64,000 bases of DNA from an uncultured Pseudomonadota bacterium (GCA_903831455.1 CAIKXV010000192.1:8281-72280); one strand, 5' to 3'. Counted from the first letter of the stretch, positions 37,696 through 46,133 are shown. Program-made: numbers and translations. Notes: a model not told the origin generated them from the letters alone.

Positions 37696-38880
37696 GTGAA
37701 GCGCCTGCTTCTCGCCGGCGCGGGCCATGCGCACGCATTCGTCCTCGAGTCGCTGATCAGGCAACCGATGCCCGGGGTTGACGTCGTGCTGGTCTCGCCC
37801 GAGCCGCTGGCGCCGTACTCGGGGATGGTGCCCGGCTGGCTGTCGGGCCACTATCGATTCGACGAGATCGTCATCGATTTCCGGTCCCTCGTCGCGGCCG
37901 CCGGCGCACGCTGGGTGCAGGGAGAACTCCACGGTCTGGATCCCGCGCAGCGCCTCGTCCGGCTGGTCGGTGGCTCGTCGATGGGCTACGACGTGCTGTC
38001 CCTGAATGTCGGCTCGACGCTGTACCCGCCGTGGCATGGACACGCCCAGTTGCTGCCGCTGAGACCGCTGTCGTTGCTCCGGGAACGTTACGAACGCGTG
38101 CTCGAGCGCTGGAGCCGGGACCCTTCTTGCAGCCCGTTCGTCGTCACGGCCGTGGGCGGCGGCGCGGCGGGAGTCGAGGCGCTCCTGGCCGTCCTCGCCC
38201 GTCTCCGGGCCTTGCGCCCGGACCGCATCGTGCGCGGCCACCTGCGCACGCGCGGACCCACGCTGCTGGCCGACCTTGCGCCGCCGGCCCGACGGGCAGC
38301 CTGTCGCGCGCTGGATCGCGCCGGCGTGGCCGTCGAAACCGACAGCGCGTGGTCCGCGCAGATCGACCGCCACAGCGATCTCGTCATCTGGGCTACCGGC
38401 GCACAGGCGCAGCCCTGGCAGCGCGCTCCCGCGCGGCGCGGTGCGCTGGCGGTCGACGCACAGGGCTTCATCCGCATCGATCCCCAGCTTCGATCCATCT
38501 CCCATCCCGACATCCTGGCCGCCGGCGACTGCGCGAGCTGGACGGAGCGCACCTTGCCCAAGGCAGGCGTGCATGCCGTGCGAATGGGACCCGTGCTCGC
38601 CACCAACCTGCGCGCCGCCCTGCTCGGCCCCGAGGTTGGCGGAGCCTTCATCGAGCACCGGCCACAGCGGCACGCCCTGTCGCTGCTGTCCATCGGCGCG
38701 GGCCGCGCCATCGCCTCGCGCGGGACACTCGGCGCCGAAGGCGCGTGGGCGTGGCGATGGAAGGACCGTATCGACCGCCGATTCGTGAGCCGGTTTCGCA
38801 CGACCCGGCCCGATTGCGCGACGGCAGCCCCCACCCCGCTCGCCGACGGATCCAGTACGACCCCGGGTACCCCTCGATGA
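37696..38880 (+). CDS. FAD/NAD(P)-dependent pyridine nucleotide-disulfide oxidoreductase-family protein (NDH-2-like; resembles the class found fused or adjacent to SelD)
   Basis: ORF 37642..38880. I favour GTG 37696 (VKRLLLAGAGHAHAF...); ATG 37642 is the alternative. Features: VSPEPLAPYSGMVPGWLSGHY, VTAVGGGAAGVE, ILAAGDCA. Confidence 0.7.
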   Translation: MKRLLLAGAGHAHAFVLESLIRQPMPGVDVVLVSPEPLAPYSGMVPGWLSGHYRFDEIVIDFRSLVAAAGARWVQGELHGLDPAQRLVRLVGGSSMGYDVLSLNVGSTLYPPWHGHAQLLPLRPLSLLRERYERVLERWSRDPSCSPFVVTAVGGGAAGVEALLAVLARLRALRPDRIVRGHLRTRGPTLLADLAPPARRAACRALDRAGVAVETDSAWSAQIDRHSDLVIWATGAQAQPWQRAPARRGALAVDAQGFIRIDPQLRSISHPDILAAGDCASWTERTLPKAGVHAVRMGPVLATNLRAALLGPEVGGAFIEHRPQRHALSLLSIGAGRAIASRGTLGAEGAWAWRWKDRIDRRFVSRFRTTRPDCATAAPTPLADGSSTTPGTPR

Positions 38881-39779
38881 AGCCGACTCGTCGTCACGCC
38901 TGCAGCGTGCTGCTGGGCAGTGTCCTCGCCCTGCCCTCGCTCACGACCGCGCAGCGTTCCCCGGCGGCCGGGCCGCTCAGGTTCGGGGTCGGGATGTTCC
39001 AGCCCGACCGCGAGCGAAACGACGCCTCCTACAGGCCCCTCGCCGCCTATCTTGCGCAGCAACTCGGCCGACCGGTCCAGTTGCGCACCGTCGACACCTG
39101 GGAGGGGCTGGCTCGCAGCCTGTCGACCGGGGAGACCGATCTGGCGCTGATGGGGCCATGGGGCTACGTGCTGGCCAATCACTTCAGCGACGCCCAGGTG
39201 GTCGCGACCATCCTCTACCAGGGCAAGCCCGAGTACTTCGCCCTGATCGTCACGCACCCGGGCTCCGGGCTGAACAGCCTCGACGACCTGCTGGGCACGA
39301 AAGGCATCGGGCGCACTTTCGCCTTCGGCGACAAGGGCTCGACCTCCGGGTATCTGATCCCGTTCCACGAGTTCCAGAAACGCGGCATCGATCCCGAGAA
39401 GCACTTCGCGCGGGTACTCCACACGAAGCACCAGGCGATCCAGATCCAGGTCACCGCGGGCAAGCTCGACGCCGGGGCGGACTTCAATCGAAATCGCGAC
39501 GTGATGATCGCCCAGGGCCTGATCAGCGCGGCGAACAGCAGGATCATCTGGCAGTCGCAGCCCCTGCCCAACGACGCCTTCGCGGTGAGTTCGGTGCTCG
39601 CGAAGGACACGGCGTTCGTCACGCGCCTGCAGGCTGCCCTGACCGGTATCGGCCCGCGGCTTGCCACCCAGCCGAACCTGCTGCCGCCCGACTACACGGG
39701 CTTCATCGCCAGCGCACACAGCGCCTACAAACCGATCCGCGATGCCGGGTTGGCCACCGGAAAGCTGGTCGCGCGATGA
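38877..39779 (+). CDS. phnD: PhnD-family ABC transporter periplasmic substrate-binding protein (phosphonate/phosphite/oxyanion type)
   Basis: ATG 38877 overlaps the upstream stop (ATGA). Signal MKPTRRHACSVLLGSVLALPSLTTA. Features: DLALMGPWGYV and FGDKGSTSGYLIP. Confidence 0.75.
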   Translation: MKPTRRHACSVLLGSVLALPSLTTAQRSPAAGPLRFGVGMFQPDRERNDASYRPLAAYLAQQLGRPVQLRTVDTWEGLARSLSTGETDLALMGPWGYVLANHFSDAQVVATILYQGKPEYFALIVTHPGSGLNSLDDLLGTKGIGRTFAFGDKGSTSGYLIPFHEFQKRGIDPEKHFARVLHTKHQAIQIQVTAGKLDAGADFNRNRDVMIAQGLISAANSRIIWQSQPLPNDAFAVSSVLAKDTAFVTRLQAALTGIGPRLATQPNLLPPDYTGFIASAHSAYKPIRDAGLATGKLVAR

Positions 39780-40681
39780 CCCGTTCGGGTCCGATCCCTC
39801 CGGACGGACCGCGCCCCGGGCGTCGGTTCGCCGGACGCACGGGCTTCGCCGCGCTGGCGGTGCTGTACGGGGCACTGGTCGGGGTGTGCCTGGCGACGCT
39901 CGTGGGTGCGGGCGACCTGAGCCTGGGCCGCAACCCGATCGAGAACCTGGCCAGGACCGTCGGCGAGTTCCTGCGCCCCAGCTTTCTGGACGTCTGGCTC
40001 GGTCCGGAGCGGCTGGAATACCGCAGCGACGACGGCAGCGTGCTCAGGGTGGAGAACCGCCGCGAGGTCGAGGCCGGTTTCCTGGCCGCCACGGCGCGCG
40101 CCACCTGGGTCACCTTCCAGATCGCGACGCTGGGCTCCCTGCTGGCCGCGCTGATGGGCCTGCCCCTGGCCCTGCTGGTCGCACGAAACCTGCGCGCCCC
40201 GCGCCTCCTGGCATGGATGGCGAAGGGCATCCTCGACGTGTCGCGCTCCGTCCACACGCTGGTCTTCGGTCTGATCCTGGTCGGCATCGTCGGATTGGGG
40301 CCCACCGCCGGCGTCCTGGCCATTGCGCTGCACTCGATGGGAACCTGCGGCAAGCTGTTTGCCGAGAGCATCGAGTCGATGGACATGGCAGCGATCGACG
40401 CCGTCCGAGCGACCGGGGCGTCCGAGGCCCAGGTCTTCTTCCATGGCGTGTGGCCATCCGTCCTGCCGCAGATCGTGAGCCACCACCTCTACGTCTGGGA
40501 ATTCAACATCCGCGACTCGACCATCCTCGGCCTGATCGGTGCCGGCGGCCTCGGCCTGCTGATCAGCGAGGCGGTGAGTCTGTTCCAGTGGGACCGGTTG
40601 AGCACGCTGCTGATCGTGGTGGTGGCGCTGGTGATGGCCTTCGACGCGCTGTCGCGTCGGATCCGGGAGGCGCTGCTGTGA
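39776..40681 (+). CDS. phnE: PhnE-like ABC transporter permease
   Basis: ATG 39776 overlaps the upstream stop (ATGA). Multiple TM helices. EAA-loop-like IDAVRATGASEAQVFFHGVWPSVLPQIVS, then IRDSTILGLIGAGGLG. Confidence 0.8.
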   Translation: MTRSGPIPPDGPRPGRRFAGRTGFAALAVLYGALVGVCLATLVGAGDLSLGRNPIENLARTVGEFLRPSFLDVWLGPERLEYRSDDGSVLRVENRREVEAGFLAATARATWVTFQIATLGSLLAALMGLPLALLVARNLRAPRLLAWMAKGILDVSRSVHTLVFGLILVGIVGLGPTAGVLAIALHSMGTCGKLFAESIESMDMAAIDAVRATGASEAQVFFHGVWPSVLPQIVSHHLYVWEFNIRDSTILGLIGAGGLGLLISEAVSLFQWDRLSTLLIVVVALVMAFDALSRRIREALL

Positions 40682-40691
40682 AGGCTGTCCG

Positions 40692-41540
40692 ATGAGCACT
40701 GCCATCCGCATGGAGGGGATGCGGGTAGCCCTCGCCGGGCGTGTGGTCCTCGACGTGCCACGCCTGGTCATCGAGACCGGCGAGCGTGTCGCCATCGTCG
40801 GTCCCAATGGTGCGGGCAAGAGCATGTTGCTGAAGGTGATCGGCGCCGGGGTCCCGGCCCGACACGGGCAGGTCCACGTGCTGGGGTACTCGCTGGGCCC
40901 TGACCCCTCGGAGGGGGAAGGCACCCACCGTGCGCTCGCACCCGACGCGCGACGCGCGCTGCGCCGCGATACCGGGCTGTTGATGCAGGGCCTGCACCTC
41001 GTGCAGCGCCTGAGCGCCCGGGAGAACGTGCTGATTGGCGCGCTGGCCCGGCTCCACGGCGTGCACGCGCTGCGGAGCTGGGCCCGCTGGTACCCGACGG
41101 ACCTGGTCGCCGAGGCCGATGCCATGCTCACGGCCCTGGGGCTGGCCGATCGAGTCGGAACGCGAGCCGATCGGCTGTCGGGCGGCGAACGGCAGAAGGT
41201 GGCGCTCGCCCGGATGCTGCTGCAGAGACCCCGGCTGATCCTCGCCGACGAGCCGACCTCGGCGCTGGACCCGACCGCAACACGCGAGGTCTGTGCCGCA
41301 CTGGTCGGCGCGGCCGCCGATCGGGATCGGACGCTCGTGACCGTCGTGCATGACCTGGACTTGCTGCCCGCCCTGTCCACGCGCGTGATCGGAATACGCG
41401 CGGGGTGCATCGCCTGGGACCTGCCCACGGGCCGGGTAACGCCGCAGCGACTGCAGGCCCTGTATGGGCAGCCCCCCGTGCAGGCCGATGGTCCCGAGGT
41501 CGACCCGCCGGCCGCGCCGAATGCCGGTTGGCAGGCCTGA
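40692..41540 (+). CDS. phnC: PhnC-like ABC transporter ATP-binding protein
   Basis: Walker A GPNGAGKS, signature LSGGERQKVALAR, Walker B LILADEPTSALD, and PhnC-like ENVLIGALARL. Confidence 0.85.
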   Translation: MSTAIRMEGMRVALAGRVVLDVPRLVIETGERVAIVGPNGAGKSMLLKVIGAGVPARHGQVHVLGYSLGPDPSEGEGTHRALAPDARRALRRDTGLLMQGLHLVQRLSARENVLIGALARLHGVHALRSWARWYPTDLVAEADAMLTALGLADRVGTRADRLSGGERQKVALARMLLQRPRLILADEPTSALDPTATREVCAALVGAAADRDRTLVTVVHDLDLLPALSTRVIGIRAGCIAWDLPTGRVTPQRLQALYGQPPVQADGPEVDPPAAPNAGWQA

Positions 41541-41559
41541 GCCTCTACCTGTGTCCGCA

Positions 41560-42615
41560 ATGGATTCGACGAAGATGACCGACACCCTCGAGCAGGCACC
41601 CACGCCGCACCCAGGGCGCAGTTGCCCCCTGCACTACCGCTATGCGCCGGAGGTGTTCCGCGAACAGGCCCCGCCGCGGCTGCAATCGCTGGAGGTGCTG
41701 TATGTCGTCGGCGGGTTGTACGGGAACGAGCCTGCGCTGCAGGCGGTGCTGGATCTCTTCGCCCGGGAGAGCGGTCGAAAGCGCCTGGTGTTCAACGGCG
41801 ACTTCCACTGGTTCGATACCGATCCCGCCCGATTCTCGCGGGTGCAGGCGGCAGTGCTCGAGCACGAGGCGCTCCGCGGCAACGTCGAGACGGAACTCGC
41901 CGAAGAACCCGGCAGCGATGATGCGGGGTGTGGCTGTGCGTATCCGGAGTGGGTCGGCGATGAAGTGGTGGAGCGCTCGAACCGGATCCTCGCGCGGTTG
42001 CGTCGCACGGTGGCACCACGGCAGCAGGCGGAGTTGTCGGCGCTGCCGATGTGGGGGCGCGCCGATGTCGGTGAGCTTCGCCTGGGGATCGTGCATGGCG
42101 ATGCCACTTCGCTCTCGGGATGGGGCTTCTCCCAGGAGCATTTGCGTGACCCGGGGCATCGCGAGACCGTGCGCGGCTGGCTCGAGCGAGCGGCGGTCGA
42201 TGCATTCGCGTGTACGCACACCTGCCTGCCCGTCTTCCAGGAGGTGCGGGTACCCGCCGCCGAGCCGCCGCGCTGGATCCTGAACAACGGTGCAGCCGGC
42301 ATGCCCAATTTCTCGGGGGATACGGCCGGCCTGCTGACCCGGGTGGCCGTGACGCCCTATCGCGGGCCTGGGCGCCGATTCGGATTCGTCGCGCCACGCG
42401 GAAACATCCACGTCGACGCGATCGGCATCGAGTTTTCGACCGATGCATGGCTGGCGCAGTTCTGCAGGGACTGGCCGCCGGGCAGTGACGCCCATGATTC
42501 CTATTTCAATCGACTGGCCAGGGGACCCGACTATCACCCTGCGGAGGCCCTCCGCGTCGACGCGGGTGTGCGCTCGCCGCTTTCCCGGGGACGGGCCGGA
42601 ATTCAGCGGACCTGA
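41560..42615 (+). CDS. Divergent calcineurin-like metallophosphoesterase-fold protein (function unknown)
   Basis: Frame of ORF 41464..42615, ATG 41560. Ordered motif remnants: VVGGLYGN (in place of DxH), NGDFHWFD (GDxxDR-like), LRGNVE (GNHE-like), IVHGD, CTHTC (GHxH-like). Also a GCGCAYPEW Cys pair. Confidence 0.5.
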   Translation: MDSTKMTDTLEQAPTPHPGRSCPLHYRYAPEVFREQAPPRLQSLEVLYVVGGLYGNEPALQAVLDLFARESGRKRLVFNGDFHWFDTDPARFSRVQAAVLEHEALRGNVETELAEEPGSDDAGCGCAYPEWVGDEVVERSNRILARLRRTVAPRQQAELSALPMWGRADVGELRLGIVHGDATSLSGWGFSQEHLRDPGHRETVRGWLERAAVDAFACTHTCLPVFQEVRVPAAEPPRWILNNGAAGMPNFSGDTAGLLTRVAVTPYRGPGRRFGFVAPRGNIHVDAIGIEFSTDAWLAQFCRDWPPGSDAHDSYFNRLARGPDYHPAEALRVDAGVRSPLSRGRAGIQRT

Positions 42616-42629
42616 GGGAGCACAGGCGG

Positions 42630-43376
42630 ATGCCCTCGCGCACGGCAGGGGTTGCATCGCGGTCGGTGGGCGGCGGCGCGCTGCTGCTGGTGATGCTCTC
42701 GGCCGCAGTCCACGCGGCTTCGCTCGCTCCGCTGGCCGGTCCCGAGGGTGCAACGCCGCAGGCGCCCTGGGTGTTCTCAGGGCTTCCCGGCCAGTCGCTT
42801 CCCGCAACCCGCTTCATGTTCGACCGGCTGGAAGACCGCACGGTCCTTCGCATCCAGACCGCCGGGTCCTATGGAAACCTTGTCCATCCGCTGGCGGCCT
42901 CGTCCGCCGGGCGCCTGTCCTGGCGCTGGCGGGTCGACCTGCCGCTGAAGTCCGCCGACCTGCGCAGCCGCCCGGGCGACGACGTCGCGCTGAAGGTCTG
43001 CGCGCTGTTCGACATGCCACGGGACTCGGTGCCCTTCCTCGATCGTCAACTGCTGCGGCTCGCCGAGACCCGCACAGGGCAGCCGCTTCCCACGGCGACC
43101 GTGTGCTACGCGTGGGACCCCTCGTCACCTGCCGGCACCGTGGTGCCGAATGCCTACAGCCGGCGCGTGCGCTATATCACCCTCGGCATGCCGCCGCGTA
43201 CCTGGCAGGCGGTGAGCCGGAACCTGGCCGACGACTTCATCCGCGCCTTCGGCGACGAGGCGACCACCGTCCCCCCGTTACGCGCCATCGCCGTCGGGGC
43301 CGATGCCGACAATACGGGCGGCAGCAGCATCGGCTTCATTGCCGACCTCGAATGGACGCCAACCGGGACACGCTGA
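42630..43376 (+). CDS. DUF3047 domain-containing exported protein
   Basis: 248 aa with GAGGGAG RBS. Signal ...GGGALLLVMLSAAVHAAS. Features: LSWRWRV, GDDVALKVCALFD, and AIAVGADADNTGG, as I recall for DUF3047. Confidence 0.6.
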   Translation: MPSRTAGVASRSVGGGALLLVMLSAAVHAASLAPLAGPEGATPQAPWVFSGLPGQSLPATRFMFDRLEDRTVLRIQTAGSYGNLVHPLAASSAGRLSWRWRVDLPLKSADLRSRPGDDVALKVCALFDMPRDSVPFLDRQLLRLAETRTGQPLPTATVCYAWDPSSPAGTVVPNAYSRRVRYITLGMPPRTWQAVSRNLADDFIRAFGDEATTVPPLRAIAVGADADNTGGSSIGFIADLEWTPTGTR

Positions 43377-43525
43377 CGTTCACGGACCGATCCGGACATG
43401 ACGAGCCCGATCCATCGCCCCGTTCGCACCCCCGGGGCACCGCTCCCGTGACCTTCAACCCGAAGCCGTCCCCAGGTCGTTCAGTGAGCGGAGTTCCGGG
43501 GGCAGGTCATCGGGTTCGCGTGCGG

Positions 43526-45670
43526 TCAGCGCGCGGCTACCCCCGGCCCCGGCCCACGCGCGAACCAGCTGAGCGCATCGCCACGGATCTCGCCCATGTG
43601 CACGACGCCGATCGAGCAGTCGATACCGGGCTTCGCGTCCTCGCCGTCACACTCGCCGAATGTTCCCGAAATCCACACCTCGTAGTGGCCATCCCGGTCG
43701 AGGTCCGTCACCGCGGAGATCGTTCCGCTGTTGTACTGGAACTGGAAGCGTGAGGGGATACCGACTGGGCGCACACCTTCGGGCCCGACAAGCAGCAGCA
43801 CCCGGTCGCCCAACCACGGCCACCACGGCCGCGCGACGTCGTCGCTGAACCGGGACAGCCTGAGTTCCACGAGGCCACGGCCGCCACGCGGAGAACGCCA
43901 GCCCGAGACCCCCCCTTCGATCTGCAACCGTTGCGCCGCCAGCGTGTCCAGCACGGCTTGCAGGGCGTCGCCCTGCCCGGGGCGCAGCGCGTCCACGATC
44001 AACCGCAGCGCCCGCACCGGGTCCTCCGGTTCGGCGCGCGCTGACCGAGAGGCTGGCCGCCTCGCCGGCGTAAAGCGCTCCGTCCGCGTGAGCCTGCGAC
44101 CCCACGCCCTCCCCACCGCCTGCGGCGCGCCCACCGCCGCCCTGCAGACCGCCTCGGTCGAAGGGTCCCGAGGCGTGACGGCCTTTCCGAAGCAGGCATT
44201 ACCGTCTTCCGTGAGGCCGGCCACCAGCTCGTCATACGTCGTGCCCTGCAGCGAGCCGAGGATACGCGCGAGATCCGCACGAAGCGCCAGCACGTCCGGA
44301 TCGGACGGGTGCTTTTGCATCCACACCCACTCCGGTTGCGCGCATCGGCTTTCGCGACCCGATTTCAGCCTTTCAAGCATGTGCCGGGTCTGCAGCGACG
44401 GGGGCAGGTTCGCAAACCAGCCGCGGAGCACTGCGCACGGACGGTTCGCATCGTCGTCGAGTCGCGCGACCTCGACGCGTACCGCGGCGCGCAGCCGCGG
44501 CTGGTCGGGTAGTGCATCGAAGCCGCGCCACGGACTGACCGGCTTGTTGTAGGAATCGATCTCGAGGTTCCAGCGCCTGACGTAGGGGTCGAGGAAGTCC
44601 TCGCGCAACCGGCTCATCCGCACGAGGGTTCGCGCCAGCGCATCGGCGGGCCAGGCCTTCGGGGCGTGGGCCACCGACTGCAGCTGCGCCCGCAACCACT
44701 GCGCGCGACGCAGTCCGGCCTGGTAGCGCTCGCGGGCATCCTCGACCTTCGAGGAGACGAAATCGACGTACTCGCGCTGCGCCGGGGGCAGCGGCGCGTC
44801 GGGCGCCACCTCCGGATCGAGCCGCTGCAGCGCCTCGGCCAGCGCCGGGTCCGCCGGCGAGAGGCTCGCCCACGCGGCCGCGATCGTCACGCAATCGTCG
44901 GCACCCCGCGCGGTGCAGCGATCTGCCGCGAGCCACCGTGCGAATTCGGCCTCCAGGGCCGGCGTCGCGCGGGCGGCGACGGCCTCGCGCAGGCGCTGGT
45001 TCGCCTCCAGTTCGTGCTCGTTGAACGCCGGGCGATCAGCCAGCCGCCTGCGTACGCAGTGACCGAACTCCGACTCCTCAGGCGCGGAGCTGTTTGCCCC
45101 CAGGGGCCAACGGGTCAACTGCAGGTCCTGTCCATCGGGCGGCAGGCCATCTGCCCAGATCCATACGCGCTTGGGCAGGCATGACCAGAGCGCGAAGAAG
45201 ACGATCGCCCGCGTGCTCCAGGTCTCGTCGGGCCGCAGAAGCGCGCCCGTCAGCCTGCGCTCGCGCTGAACGAATTCCGTGTTCCACGGAAACCAGCGCC
45301 ACATCTGCCGGGCAACGTCTGAAGGACGCTCGGCGACCAGCACCGTGTCGAGCCGGGCGGCGAGCTGCACCCCTGCCCATCGCTCCCGGAACAACCGCTG
45401 GGCGAAGTCCGGCGCCGCGAGTAGGCGCTGCAGGCTCTCCGGGGATGCGGCCTCCGGCCGGAACGCAGCACGATCGGCTGCACGCAGTTCGCCGTAGGCC
45501 CGGAGTTCCCTCACGACCGCCGCGAGCGCGGGGTCAGGTGCAAGGGGCGCGGCCTCGGGGGACCGAGAGGGCTCGCCGGCAGCCCACGCGCAAGGGGCCA
45601 GCAGGATCAGGCACATCGATACCCAGCGCAGGGCGATGAACCGGAAACGACCGCCTGGCAGAGCGTTCAT
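43526..45670 (-). CDS. Large exported Cys-rich hypothetical protein with a C-terminal FG-GAP/Ca-binding-like DxDxDG motif
   Basis: ORF 43526..45712. ATG 45670 gives MNALPGGRFRFIALRWVSMCLILLAPCAWAAG as signal. About 12 Cys spread through the mature part. C-terminal VTDLDRDGHYEVWISGTFGECDG. I recognise no other family. Confidence 0.6.
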   Translation of the reverse strand: MNALPGGRFRFIALRWVSMCLILLAPCAWAAGEPSRSPEAAPLAPDPALAAVVRELRAYGELRAADRAAFRPEAASPESLQRLLAAPDFAQRLFRERWAGVQLAARLDTVLVAERPSDVARQMWRWFPWNTEFVQRERRLTGALLRPDETWSTRAIVFFALWSCLPKRVWIWADGLPPDGQDLQLTRWPLGANSSAPEESEFGHCVRRRLADRPAFNEHELEANQRLREAVAARATPALEAEFARWLAADRCTARGADDCVTIAAAWASLSPADPALAEALQRLDPEVAPDAPLPPAQREYVDFVSSKVEDARERYQAGLRRAQWLRAQLQSVAHAPKAWPADALARTLVRMSRLREDFLDPYVRRWNLEIDSYNKPVSPWRGFDALPDQPRLRAAVRVEVARLDDDANRPCAVLRGWFANLPPSLQTRHMLERLKSGRESRCAQPEWVWMQKHPSDPDVLALRADLARILGSLQGTTYDELVAGLTEDGNACFGKAVTPRDPSTEAVCRAAVGAPQAVGRAWGRRLTRTERFTPARRPASRSARAEPEDPVRALRLIVDALRPGQGDALQAVLDTLAAQRLQIEGGVSGWRSPRGGRGLVELRLSRFSDDVARPWWPWLGDRVLLLVGPEGVRPVGIPSRFQFQYNSGTISAVTDLDRDGHYEVWISGTFGECDGEDAKPGIDCSIGVVHMGEIRGDALSWFARGPGPGVAAR

Positions 45671-46133
45671 CGCCGGGCGGTAGTGGACCGGGGAACGCGC
45701 ATGGGTGTGCATCGCTTCGTCGATTCGCGGGGTGCCGCGCTCACCAGCACGGTGACTATCGCCACGGTAGAAACAGTCAACATTCGCCAGGGTTTTATCT
45801 CAGGAACTCTACAAGTAGCGGAACGGTTATGGCCATTAATCCGAGAACGCAGACAAGTGCGAAGTAGAGGCGATAGCGCGTAAGGCCCGTGCGAACGCCC
45901 TCAGCGGTGAGATGCTCCGCGACTCCGTGACAGTATCTGCACGAACAGAACGGTCGAGCTCTGACAGTACGTGCTGGTCGAGTTGAGGAAGCATGTATTG
46001 TGAGACCTGAGGACGCGCTGAGGTAATTGGTTTTCGGATGAGCCATCCACTCTGCGGTGGAGCCTACCGTCACGACACGCGTAACCCATTGTCGCATCGG
46101 AACTTTCAGGCCGCGTGTTTGCCGTCAACGTAC

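Noticed and set aside
38877-41540. Interpreting the PhnDEC-like genes as a standard phosphonate utilisation locus
   Set aside because: There are no C-P lyase (phnGHIJKLM), phosphonatase, ptxD or htxA genes in the window, and the gene order is atypical. The transporter is overlap-coupled to a flavoprotein instead. It is kept as PhnDEC-like with the substrate left open.
45795-46097. 100-aa minus-strand ORF in the low-GC patch
   Set aside because: No RBS, odd composition and no family. Only the C-terminal hydrophobic helix is suggestive. It is reported as a finding to test rather than as a feature.
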